In this document: piece by piece, positions 55,953 to 64,000 of the stretch
Layout: each line of letters begins with the position of its first letter
How positions within the stretch are numbered: the stretch's first letter is position 1
DNA from: Candidatus Chisholmbacteria bacterium RIFCSPHIGHO2_01_FULL_52_32
GTDB lineage: Bacteria > Patescibacteriota > Microgenomatia > UBA1400 > Chisholmbacteraceae
Length of the DNA stretch: 64,000 nt
Assembly (NCBI GenBank): GCA_001816585.1
Contig: MHCJ01000003.1
Location: 11,013-75,012 of the forward strand
Direction of reading: 5' to 3'
Notes under the pieces: model-generated
What the model was told of the DNA's origin: nothing
Database searches by the model: none
What the model saw: the letters and a program-made list of their open reading frames with translations, nothing else
Position numbers and translations under genes: made by a program

Positions 55953-56681
55953 ATGAGTAGACTTGAGGAAGCGAGAGCTAGAATTGCAGCTCAAGAACAT
56001 GCGGCACAGGAAGCCAGGGAGAAATGGGAGCAAGAGGAAGAGCTACGTAAAAGAGACTTTGAGTCTCTCAAGCCTGAGCTGGAAAGAATTGAGCTCGAAT
56101 TCTGGCGGGCACATGTCCCAGTCCAACTTACTGATCTCTATTCGGAAGTGCGAAGAACAATTGAAGAGAAAGAAGGATTTCAGATGGATGAAGTCATCAG
56201 ATTTTACTATGGGGAGTATTCACTGCATCATGAGGTTGTACGTTACTCTTCTGGTAAACAAGAGAATCGATGGGATAAAATGTATGGTCTCCGAGATGAT
56301 GCGGTTGGATTATGGAGGGAAGGGAAATTAGCCCAGATTCCTTTGCGGAGCGTGTCACTTGAATATATTCATAGCAAGAGAGCTGGCGACTCTGAAACTG
56401 TCAACAGAATACACTTTGAAGTTGGTCAGGATGATAAAGCCACTTGGACTGTGGGTGACGGAAAAAAATATTTCTTTGATCCAGAAAGGGGAATACATGG
56501 GAACTTTGACAGAGATGGACATGGTAAATGTGGAACTTCCAATTCTGATATAGATTTACTCGCGGAGCTTATGATCCCGTTTATTAATGGAAGACAATAC
56601 CATTACGGGATTGATCATTCTCCTGGTCCAAAAGACCGAGCTGGTGATGATGGGAGCTCTGGTGGTCCTGGCGGGCATTAG
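55953..56681 (+). CDS. Hypothetical protein, paralog C
   Basis: MSRLEEARARIAAQEHAAQEAREKWEQEEELRKRDFESLKPELERIELEFWRAHVPVQL; Gly/Asp-rich C-terminus. Confidence 0.45.
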   Translation: MSRLEEARARIAAQEHAAQEAREKWEQEEELRKRDFESLKPELERIELEFWRAHVPVQLTDLYSEVRRTIEEKEGFQMDEVIRFYYGEYSLHHEVVRYSSGKQENRWDKMYGLRDDAVGLWREGKLAQIPLRSVSLEYIHSKRAGDSETVNRIHFEVGQDDKATWTVGDGKKYFFDPERGIHGNFDRDGHGKCGTSNSDIDLLAELMIPFINGRQYHYGIDHSPGPKDRAGDDGSSGGPGGH

Positions 56682-56786
56682 GTAACTTGAGGATCAGCCA
56701 TAGGCTTGATCTGAGCAGAGGATGTCTTCCTTGTTAGATTCCCCTTATCGTTGTCTTCTTTCTCCATCTCGCATATAGTTAATTTT

Positions 56787-56855
56787 ATGCGTGTGCTTTT
56801 TGTTGCCGCGGAGGCGGCGCCTTTAGTCAAGGTCGGGGGTTTGTCGCAGTCTTAA
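56787..56855 (+). pseudogene. Truncated remnant of a glycogen synthase (glgA) 5' end
   Basis: atgcgtgtgctttttgttgccgcggaggcggcgcctttagtcaaggtcgggggtttgtcgcagtcttaa encodes MRVLFVAAEAAPLVKVGGLSQS*. The 5' part matches glgA-2 (57831) and the GGLSQ part matches glgA-1 (46092). Confidence 0.55.
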
Positions 56856-56897
56856 GGAAATGATCAGGAGTTTATTCCAAGCGCTGGTTTACTATCG

Positions 56898-57539
56898 TTA
56901 AACAGCTCGTACTACTTCCGGATCTCCTTGACTAAACCGAGAAAGCTCTTGTTTTATGGCTTCGGGGTTGCTATTCGCCCTTATTAGAGGACCCATCGTT
57001 TCGGATAGCCATTTACCGTCGATTGTTTGCTGGGAATCACGCAAGATTCTCCTGCCGTCACTGGCCAGTAAAGACCAGGCTACCCCGCTTGATAATGCGT
57101 GCTGTCGTTCGTTGGGTCCTCTGGAGGTGTTGAGAAGCTCACGGATATAGGTTGCAAGCAGCCAGCGCTGGGCTCCTGCCGCTCTTTCGGATCCCAACTC
57201 CCTATAGTGTGAATAGTTGGGTAGATTTCTTATTCTTTCTACAAGAGCTTCTCTTGTCCGATCGAAGAAAGAATCCGCAACGCCGCTATTGCCGGAAAGA
57301 TACAGACGCATTGAAGATACTTCAAGTTTCACCTGTTGTCGTAATAAGCCTTTTATGATTTTGTCCGCAGCCTCCAGTCCACTTTTTGTTGAATCAAACT
57401 CGGCAAACCTTTCTAGTGCATCAAAGACGCTGCGTATTCCATCCTCAGTCTTCCTCTTTACTTCTGCGAGGAGGGTTTCTTTTTTCTCGGTTGGCGTTTG
57501 TTCTTGAGGGATTCCTTCTTCCTCGGGAGGTTGTTCCAT
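56898..57539 (-). CDS. Hypothetical protein
   Basis: 213 aa, ATG start, acidic N-terminus. Confidence 0.35.
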   Translation of the reverse strand: MEQPPEEEGIPQEQTPTEKKETLLAEVKRKTEDGIRSVFDALERFAEFDSTKSGLEAADKIIKGLLRQQVKLEVSSMRLYLSGNSGVADSFFDRTREALVERIRNLPNYSHYRELGSERAAGAQRWLLATYIRELLNTSRGPNERQHALSSGVAWSLLASDGRRILRDSQQTIDGKWLSETMGPLIRANSNPEAIKQELSRFSQGDPEVVRAV

Positions 57540-57738
57540 AGCCTTCTTGTTGTAGAGGACTGAAGATAGTGTACTACAAAAAGGACAGTATAAACATTCC
57601 TTGCGAGGTAGTCTTGAGAAGTCATTGGGGAACCAGAGCGGTTCCTTCGTGGACGCTCTTCTTGAAACGAAAGGCGTGCGAGGAGAATTATCTGAAGGTG
57701 GGACATAATTCCTAGGTTCTTTGACAACTTGTCACGTA

Positions 57739-57772
57739 GAGGTCGGACCTCTGCACAGAGGTCCGACCTCTT
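57739..57772. promoter_or_regulatory. Perfect 15-bp inverted repeat (AGAGGTCGGACCTCT gcac AGAGGTCCGACCTCT) in a divergent intergenic region
   Basis: Read directly in sequence. Lies between the minus-strand gene 56898..57539 and glgA-2. A related GGTCCGACG-tta-CGTCGGACC hairpin occurs at about 61041-61065. Confidence 0.45.
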
Positions 57773-57830
57773 AAGGCTCCTATTTTTCATGAGTCTTTGC
57801 CATAAGAAGAATTCATAGTACACTTAAGCA

Positions 57831-59159
57831 ATGCGCGTCTTATATGTTGCTGCGGAGGCGGCGCCGATTGTCAAGGTCGGGGGTCTTGGGGATGTAGCGG
57901 GAAGCCTTCCTTTGGCTTTGAAGCGGCTAGGGGTGGATGTGCGGGTGGCTATCCCCTGGTATCCGGAGATCGATGCTTTGCGATGGCAAGTTCAGGAGAA
58001 CGGTGGGGTGGGGGTGACGAGGCTTGGCGAGAGCGAGGTGCCAGTCTATCTTCTGGCTCGGGATGTGTTTGCCGATGCCGGGCCTCATAAGGCGATCGCG
58101 GGGACGAAGGCAGAGGAAACCTGGTTCTCCGGTTTCTGCGATGCGGTCGTAACGTTTCTGAAAGACTCCGAATGGAAGCCGGAAGTCTTGCACGGGAACG
58201 ATTGGCATGTGGCACGGGCCTTGTCCTTTGTTGAGAGAACCTCTCGTGAGACCTTCAGCCAGTGGGGATTTACCCATAAGAACCTGGCGACCATCCTCAC
58301 CATTCATAACCTCAGCTACCACCCAAAAATGATGAAAGAGGCTATTCTTGCTGCGGATGTGATCAACGCGGTTTCACCGACCTATGCGAAAGAAATTCTT
58401 ACTTCAGATTATTGCGAGGGACTCTGTGAAGAGCTCAATGCACGGAAAGCAGATCTTTACGGGATCTTAAACGGGATTGATTACGGAGTTTGGAGTCCGG
58501 AGACGGATGCGCGTGTCTCGACTAAGTACAGCACGGTAACTTGGAAGACGGGAAAAGCGGGAAACAAGATGGCTTTGCGGCAGAAGCTCGGTCTTGCAAA
58601 AGAGGGGGGAATGCTTCTCGGGTTTGTCGGCAGGATCGACGCCAACCAGAAGGGCATCGGGATTTTGGCTGAGGCCATGGACCGGTTGGTGGCGTTGGGT
58701 AGCCAGGTGGTCGTACTGGGGACCGGTGACCCGAAATATGAGAAACGACTGGCCTTGGTGGCTGCCCGTTATCCGAAGAACGTCGCATGTATTTTGCGCT
58801 ACGATGAAGATTTGGCGCACCTTATCTATGCGGGGGCGGATGCGCTGCTTATTCCGAGCAAATTTGAACCCTGCGGATTGATCCAATTGATCGGCATGCG
58901 GTATGGAACTCTCCCAATTGCGCGGGCAACCGGGGGACTTTCCGATACTATTCGGGACGGTGAAACCGGGTTTCTGTTTACCGCATATTCTTCTCAAGGG
59001 TTGGTCGGGGCCGTTGAGCGGGCCCGGGACATGTTCGCGGCCGAACCGGTTTCATGGGAAGTGTTGGTCGGAACCGGCATGCGCGAGGATTTTTCCTGGG
59101 ACCGTTCGGCTGAAGAATATCTTAGGCTGTATGAGCGCGCGCTTGCAAAAAGTGGGTAG
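57831..59159 (+). CDS. glgA: Glycogen/starch synthase (GT5), paralog 2
   Basis: MRVLYVAAEAAPIVKVGGLGDVAGSLPLAL (canonical K-V-G-G-L-G-D-V). GT-B C-terminal domain. Confidence 0.85.
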   Translation: MRVLYVAAEAAPIVKVGGLGDVAGSLPLALKRLGVDVRVAIPWYPEIDALRWQVQENGGVGVTRLGESEVPVYLLARDVFADAGPHKAIAGTKAEETWFSGFCDAVVTFLKDSEWKPEVLHGNDWHVARALSFVERTSRETFSQWGFTHKNLATILTIHNLSYHPKMMKEAILAADVINAVSPTYAKEILTSDYCEGLCEELNARKADLYGILNGIDYGVWSPETDARVSTKYSTVTWKTGKAGNKMALRQKLGLAKEGGMLLGFVGRIDANQKGIGILAEAMDRLVALGSQVVVLGTGDPKYEKRLALVAARYPKNVACILRYDEDLAHLIYAGADALLIPSKFEPCGLIQLIGMRYGTLPIARATGGLSDTIRDGETGFLFTAYSSQGLVGAVERARDMFAAEPVSWEVLVGTGMREDFSWDRSAEEYLRLYERALAKSG

Positions 59160-59355
59160 CTTTTCTCCTGTTTATCCTCCTTTCTTGTTCTTGATCAAGG
59201 TTATTCCTCTTGTGACTTGTGTGCCGCTATGTTTTTATTGAATCGATTCATTGAAATAACTGTGGAGGATCTGGGAAAGGAGGTGAGAGTTTCTGACCCA
59301 AGTTTCAAAGCGCATTCTTTCTGATGGAGAATGGAGAGTCCTCTGGGAGCGATTT

Positions 59356-59712
59356 TTGGACGTCATCGGAAAAACACAAGGTCGTTCAACGCTTTCGATG
59401 GTGTTCCGCGGCTTCCTAACGCCTACCGAGCAGGTAATGCTTTCAAAGCGTGTTATGGCGGGGTTTTTGATCCTGTCCGATTGGGACGCGTATGCGATAT
59501 CCAGTGTGCTTAAGCTTTCGGTTTCAACCGTCTATAAGTTGAAGCATTATCTTGAGTTGAGCAAAGACTACCGGAAGTTTTTGGAAAAACTTTTACCTAA
59601 GAAAATTCCCTTCCAACCGCAAAAAGGTCCGTCGGCCATACCGCCATTGGTCAAGTTACTTGAGAACATCTTTGAGGGCTACAGGCATCGGTCAAGACTG
59701 CTCTACAGCTAA
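59356..59712 (+). CDS. Hypothetical protein
   Basis: TTG start in the track. The frame stays open upstream to about 59287 without an ATG. No motif recognised. Confidence 0.3.
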   Translation: MDVIGKTQGRSTLSMVFRGFLTPTEQVMLSKRVMAGFLILSDWDAYAISSVLKLSVSTVYKLKHYLELSKDYRKFLEKLLPKKIPFQPQKGPSAIPPLVKLLENIFEGYRHRSRLLYS

Positions 59713-60000
59713 CATGAGTAGCATGGTAGTGAGGTAGTAAGGTAGTAAGAATCTCTTTTACCTGCCTTATCACAAATGAATGAATCGATTGATCGATTCA
59801 TTGTAATGAACAAGAGGGTTGCAATTGAAATATTGAAGGTCGAGTTAGGCAAGCGGGGTGAGATTAGATAAAGAGATGGGTGGCTTCTTTCAGGTATTAG
59901 GGTTGGTTGATTAAGGTGAGAGGCTAGTGAACTGGAGTGTAGATGGACTTCTGATTTCGCAATAGGTTATAGTAGAAATGAAAGATACGGAGGATTTTGC

Positions 60001-60912
60001 ATGGCAAAGTTTGTTCCTGATGTGAATACGAGACGGTGGGTGGTGATTGCCCCTTCCCGCAGCAGCAGGCCGAAGGATAAGGATCATGACATCAATCACG
60101 GAGCGACGCCCGCGCCTGAGCCTCAAGTGGAACTTCCCAAGCGGAACGGCTACAGCTTTAATGAAACCTGCCCGTTTTGCTATGGAAACGAGAAGAGCAC
60201 GCCCCCGGAAATATACCGATGGGGGAGGAAAGATCCCCACGACCCGGATTGGGTGGTTCGGGTGGTTCCCAACAAGTATCCGATTACCGATATCCACGAA
60301 GTGATCATCCATTCTCCGGATCATCTGACCGATATTGACGATTTCCCTCAGGAACATGTGGAAATTATCCTGCGCGTTTACCGCGAGCGGTACAATGCCC
60401 TGCGGAAAAGGGGCCAGGTCATTATTTTTGTAAATGTCGGACCGCAAAGCGGTGCCTCGCTGCAGCATCCACACTCCCAAGTTGTCGTGGTGCCGCATCA
60501 GATCAATTTGGATGTGCTCGCGATTGAGCCTGTCGGTAATGTCATTGAGGAAGGGGAACACTTCATCGCCTGGTCGCCCGATTTTTCCCAATGGCCGTGG
60601 GAGGTGTGGATCGCTCCAAAAATCTGTTGTCAGCGGGAGCACGAGAAGGGAGAGCAGTGCTTTTTTGGCGGTATCCGTGACGAGCAGATTCCGGAGCTTT
60701 CCAGGCTTCTTCAGGCTATGCTGCAACGGCTGCTCGTTCGTTTTCCTGAGATGAGCTACAATTTCTATATTTTTCCGGGAGAATGTTGGTATCTCCGCTT
60801 GATCCCCAGGCTCGTCCACCGTGCGGGTTTTGAGCTCGGAACCGGGCTTTCGGTGAACATCGCCGATCCGACGACGGTAGCAGGGGAGCTGAAGAAGAAC
60901 GGCTCGGCTTAG
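60001..60912 (+). CDS. galT: Galactose-1-phosphate uridylyltransferase-like (HIT superfamily, GalT family)
   Basis: Zn-binding CPFCYGNE near the N-terminus and active-site GASLQHPHSQVV (H-P-H-x-Q). SD acggagg lies upstream. Confidence 0.75.
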   Translation: MAKFVPDVNTRRWVVIAPSRSSRPKDKDHDINHGATPAPEPQVELPKRNGYSFNETCPFCYGNEKSTPPEIYRWGRKDPHDPDWVVRVVPNKYPITDIHEVIIHSPDHLTDIDDFPQEHVEIILRVYRERYNALRKRGQVIIFVNVGPQSGASLQHPHSQVVVVPHQINLDVLAIEPVGNVIEEGEHFIAWSPDFSQWPWEVWIAPKICCQREHEKGEQCFFGGIRDEQIPELSRLLQAMLQRLLVRFPEMSYNFYIFPGECWYLRLIPRLVHRAGFELGTGLSVNIADPTTVAGELKKNGSA

Positions 60913-60924
60913 ATATTCTTCTTT

Positions 60925-61140
60925 ACTTGTCCAAAGAGGGGGTTACTTTCTTACTCGTCTAAGAAAGTAACCAAAGAATGACGCCCCAGTGAGCGTTCTT
61001 TCGAGAGCTTGCTTGCTTATTTTATGCGACCAAAGGTCCGACGTTACGTCGGACCGCTGGAACGCGCTCTGGTCGCATCCTATAGGTATTCGCGCGCTAC
61101 GCTCTCGAATAGCTCCGCTCAAAGGGGATATTTAGGAGAG
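60925..61140. repeat. Approximately 200-bp repeat element, copy B (direct orientation relative to copy A at 23885-24100)
   Basis: ACTTGTCCAAAGAGGGGG, CCCCAGTGAGCGTTCTTTCGAGA, CTCGAATAGCTCCGCTCAAAGGGGA; internal hairpins GGTTACTTTCTTA-ctcgtc-TAAGAAAGTAACC and GGTCCGACG-tta-CGTCGGACC. Confidence 0.5.
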
Positions 61141-61223
61141 TGTCTTTTTTGGGCTATTCTTGAATTGTTGCGTTCAAAGGGGAACTAGAGAGTAAAGATG
61201 CTACAAGCTAGAAAGCTATGAAG

Positions 61224-61481
61224 CTATGTTGATGGGGATTCTTTCGGAGTCATACCGAGAACCCAGAGGACGGATTCTTTCCGGTAGCGGCGGTCGCCGC
61301 GGGAATTGATGCGGATTGCCGGAAGCTTGCCCCGTTTCCCCCAGCGCTTGATGGTGAGGGGGGAGACTCTCAAGAGTTCTGCAACTTCTCGTACCGTCAG
61401 AAGATCGGGAAGATTGTCCAACGAGAGGTATCGTTTTCCGCTCAGGCTCTTCGCCGCGCTTCCTACATCACTCAATTCCAT
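61224..61481 (-). CDS. Small helix-turn-helix DNA-binding protein, excisionase/MerR-like (Xis/AlpA-type HTH)
   Basis: LLTVREVAELLRVSPLTIKRWGKRGKLPAIRI matches the excisionase-family HTH_17 pattern. ATG at 61481 (MELSDVG...); the track starts at GTG 61493. Confidence 0.55.
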   Translation of the reverse strand: MELSDVGSAAKSLSGKRYLSLDNLPDLLTVREVAELLRVSPLTIKRWGKRGKLPAIRINSRGDRRYRKESVLWVLGMTPKESPST

Positions 61482-61671
61482 ACCACTACGCACTATATCA
61501 GAGCGTTTCGCTTCGTGTCAACAGGAGATTTTCCGTATCAGTTTCCGACGGCTCAGGTTTCACTTCAGCTCAACTTGCGCTTCCCGAAAAAATTCCAGTT
61601 TGCTCGCTCGATCATACTGTCGTGCTTCGCATTCTGGAATTTAACGGGACGGCTCAGGTGGAGTTTCAGAG

Positions 61672-62100
61672 TTACTTCAACTCCACTTGAGCGCCTGCTT
61701 CTTCTAATTTTTTCTTAGCCTCTTGGGCCTCTTCCTTTTTGGCTCGCTCAAGGAGTTTTTGCGGAGTCTTTTCGACGAGTTCTTTGGCTTCCTTGAGACC
61801 CAGATCCTGTCTGATTTCGCGGACAGCCTTGATGACACCGATTTTGTTTGCACCCGAAGAGGCGAGGATGACATCGAACTCGCTTTGTTCCGGTACTGCT
61901 GGTTGGCCTGCAGCGGGAGCTCCGGGAGCTTGGGCCGCCGGCGCTTGAGCCATTGCCATCGGTTGAGCGGATACTCCGAACTTCTCTTCCAAAACCTTTA
62001 CCAGGTCTGAAAGATCGACGACGGTAAGCTTCTCAATTTCCTCGACGATCTTCTGAACGCTTCCGGCAAGTTTTTTCACTGCTTTTGGTTTGTCTGCCAT
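61672..62100 (-). CDS. rplL: 50S ribosomal protein L7/L12
   Basis: N-terminal dimerisation helix, Ala/Pro-rich hinge, C-terminal ...[24 protein letters not shown]. Confidence 0.92.
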   Translation of the reverse strand: MADKPKAVKKLAGSVQKIVEEIEKLTVVDLSDLVKVLEEKFGVSAQPMAMAQAPAAQAPGAPAAGQPAVPEQSEFDVILASSGANKIGVIKAVREIRQDLGLKEAKELVEKTPQKLLERAKKEEAQEAKKKLEEAGAQVELK

Positions 62101-62149
62101 AATTAACTCACCCCCTTTATGATTAGCGTCTAGCGTTTAGTGTCTCTGT

Positions 62150-62689
62150 TTAGTTTGCGGGTTTAGCTTCTTTTATTGCTTTAAGAACAAAGACGAGTTT
62201 TTTGTAGTTTCCCGAAAGGACATGGACAAGGCGTGATATCGGTGTGTTCAGCGAGCCGATGAGCTGGGATCGGAGTTGGTCTTTGGTCGGAAGCTCGGCG
62301 AGCTCGTTAATCTCTTCTTCGGACAGCAGTCTCTCCGACGGTTTTAGCCAGATACCAAGCTTGGATTTTGGCAACTCATGTTCCTTGGAAAATTCAATGA
62401 GTGCCTTGATCGGAGCGATCTCGTCCTCAAAGGCAAAAAGGAAGGCTGTTGGACCCCGCAAAACGTCTTCGACGTCGCGGGGCAAGCCCTTTCTCTTCTC
62501 TTGAAATGCGAGCTTAAAGAGCGTGTTCTTGGCAACGAGGAATTGGCCACCGGTTTGGGTTATTTTTTCCCTGAGATCCCGTTGGAGATTCACCGGAAGG
62601 CCCGAATAATCTGAAAGGATGACCAGCTTTGCACGGGAGAGCTTGTCTGAAAGGTCCCGGACGGCAGTGATGTTTTGTTGGGAAGGCAT
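62150..62689 (-). CDS. rplJ: 50S ribosomal protein L10
   Basis: MPSQQNITAVRDLSDKLSRAKLVILSDYSGLPVNLQRDLREKI, located immediately upstream of rplL. ATG at 62689; the track ORF extends to 62779 through the repeat tract. Confidence 0.88.
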   Translation of the reverse strand: MPSQQNITAVRDLSDKLSRAKLVILSDYSGLPVNLQRDLREKITQTGGQFLVAKNTLFKLAFQEKRKGLPRDVEDVLRGPTAFLFAFEDEIAPIKALIEFSKEHELPKSKLGIWLKPSERLLSEEEINELAELPTKDQLRSQLIGSLNTPISRLVHVLSGNYKKLVFVLKAIKEAKPAN

Positions 62690-62745
62690 ACAGATAGGGT
62701 TTAGGGTATAGGGTCTAGGGTTTAGTGTCTCGAATAAAAGAAAGC
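62690..62745. repeat. Heptamer repeat tract (TAGGGTx) in the rplJ leader
   Basis: cagatagggtttagggtatagggtctagggtttagtgtctcg. Confidence 0.75.
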
Positions 62746-62916
62746 AGAAATAAAAAACTTCTCCGCGGGGAGAAGTCACAAAAAAAAGACTTTTTCTCCT
62801 CGGCAGGACTTACGTTATGCCTGCTGTCTTCGGACGAATCAGATTGTAGGGGTTTGGGGAAGGCTTGTCAAGCCTTGTCATTGTTTGTTCGTTTGGAAAA
62901 CCGCAAACTTGTAGGC

Positions 62917-63723
62917 TTAGGCGATCGGGAAGCGTTGCGGGCTTGAGTCTGGGCTGTCCGGAGGGAGGGGCAGAGTCTGCTCGAGCGGAACGGCGGAGAG
63001 AATCTCAACCCATTCCGGGATAAATACTGTACCGAGTTGCGTGGGGAAGGTAGCTCGAATTTCTCTTCCGTCTTGACCGCTTACTGTGTACGAGAGGGTG
63101 TCGGGTGCACCGTCGGCTTGGTCGGTCCATATTTTTGTCAGTCCGATCCAGTTGACCTTGCAGGAAGCGTTGACCTGGTCAAAAATTTGTTCCGTTGTAA
63201 CGAGACGAATGACTTCTTGTTTTCTGAACGATTGGTCAAGGATTATGGCGGAAGGGTCGTCCGGATACGGGCCAGTGGTTTCGCTGGGGAAAGGCGGGAG
63301 AACGACCGCGGCGGTCAGAATAGGCAGCTGTCTGGGTAGGCGGAGATCTTGCTTCCGGACAGCCTCGGCTGCTTCAGGGGAAAAGGAGGAACGCGCCTTT
63401 TTGGCATCGCTCGATGACCAAGGAAGCGCGATTGCGATCTTTCTATCCAAAGGGGAATCGAGTCGGGGGAGATAGGACACTTCTCTGGCAATCTCTGGGT
63501 TGCGATAAAGCTGAGCGAAGCGATAGTCTTTTTCGGGATTGAACATGTCGCGGTAGAGGTCAAGGAGTTCTGTTTCAGAAATGCTGACAGGAGCATTTGA
63601 TTCGGTTCCCATCCGCTCGCCTGCAATGTCGGAGAGTGCGATAACGGTTCCTCCCACGATTCCGAATCCTACGCCTGCACCCAGAAACTTTCCGGAAAGC
63701 TCAAGAAATTCGCGACGGGTCAT
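62917..63723 (-). CDS. Twin-arginine signal-bearing hypothetical protein
   Basis: MTRREFLELSGKFLGAGVGFGIVGG (Tat motif T-R-R-x-F-L-x). ATG at 63723; the track begins 12 codons upstream. Confidence 0.4.
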   Translation of the reverse strand: MTRREFLELSGKFLGAGVGFGIVGGTVIALSDIAGERMGTESNAPVSISETELLDLYRDMFNPEKDYRFAQLYRNPEIAREVSYLPRLDSPLDRKIAIALPWSSSDAKKARSSFSPEAAEAVRKQDLRLPRQLPILTAAVVLPPFPSETTGPYPDDPSAIILDQSFRKQEVIRLVTTEQIFDQVNASCKVNWIGLTKIWTDQADGAPDTLSYTVSGQDGREIRATFPTQLGTVFIPEWVEILSAVPLEQTLPLPPDSPDSSPQRFPIA

Positions 63724-63880
63724 TCCTTTGGGATGTCGGGCGGTTTCACTTACTGCCATTGGCCCATATTACCCTATAGCGCATGGCCTGTCAATGGTAT
63801 ACAGGCTATGTTTTTTTACCACAACTGCCGCAGTAGGAATCTCCACTGAGATTTCTGTATACTGTTCATGAAAGGAGTAT

Positions 63881-64000
63881 ATGCCTGATACAAACACACA
63901 GGAAACCAAAGAGCAGGATCCGGTTGAAGGCATCCGTAGCGCCTTAAACCAGGCCATGGGATTCTTAAAGAGGCTATTGGGTCAAGAGGAGGGTGAACTT
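63881..64000 (+). CDS. Hypothetical protein, 3'-truncated at window edge
   Basis: A strong SD (aaaggagtat) lies 7 nt upstream of the ATG at 63881. MPDTNTQETKEQDPVEGIRSALNQAMGFLKRLLGQEEGEL... Confidence 0.4.
   Translation, partial: MPDTNTQETKEQDPVEGIRSALNQAMGFLKRLLGQEEGEL

Noticed and set aside
56787-56855. A third functional glgA gene
   Set aside because: The ORF stops after 22 codons (MRVLFVAAEAAPLVKVGGLSQS*) and nothing downstream continues the GT5 sequence; it is a fragment.
23885-61140. An integrated mobile element spanning the two ~200-bp direct repeats (tRNA-adjacent copy A to excisionase-adjacent copy B)
   Set aside because: The copies are only about 70% identical, unlike att sites. 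No integrase or recombinase was found. The interval contains housekeeping genes (mreB, glycogen metabolism, pili). They are more likely members of a dispersed repeat or ncRNA family.

Overview
This 64 kb window looks like part of a small, streamlined bacterial genome, probably from the Patescibacteria/CPR (Candidate Phyla Radiation) group. That placement is an inference from gene content: ComEA/ComEC competence genes, a block of type IV pilin-like genes, many secreted or surface proteins, weak Shine-Dalgarno sequences, and frequent TTG/GTG starts in the ORF track. Recognisable housekeeping genes are radA, rho, leuS, argS, ndk, mreB and rplJ-rplL, plus four tRNAs (Ala-GGC, Ala-CGC, Pro-CGG, Arg-CCT). 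There is a glycogen block with two glgA paralogs, two GH57 paralogs and galT. Cell-envelope and surface genes include a LysM/M23 peptidase, two membrane proteins that may be GT-C-like glycosyltransferases (low confidence), a GT1 glycosyltransferase, a metzincin protease with a dockerin-like tail, a carboxypeptidase-regulatory-domain protein, and a large Cys-rich surface protein. A REP-associated tyrosine transposase (RAYT, IS200-like) sits beside a TraD/VirD4-like P-loop ATPase, and about ten REP palindromes are scattered through the window, some in-frame inside genes. The most unusual feature is a dense set of tandem heptanucleotide repeats. They come in several motif classes (TAGGGTT, ATAGCGA, CCTCAAC, GTTAAAA/GTGAAAA, GAAGCAC, CGGATTT, TTCAGTC, CTGAATA, TTATGAA, CGTAGAG) and occupy most intergenic regions. 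Several tracts are also inserted in-frame in essential genes (radA, leuS, argS at four sites, two prepilin leader peptides, the M16 peptidase C-terminus). Other accessory features are a roughly 7 kb island of hypothetical genes between the glycogen genes, which contains three tandem paralogs behind near-identical promoters and a chimeric glgA 5' fragment. There is also a REP-flanked two-gene cassette, a ~200 bp repeat family with two copies 37 kb apart, and an apparently split comEC. No CRISPR array, cas genes, reverse transcriptase or integrase were seen.
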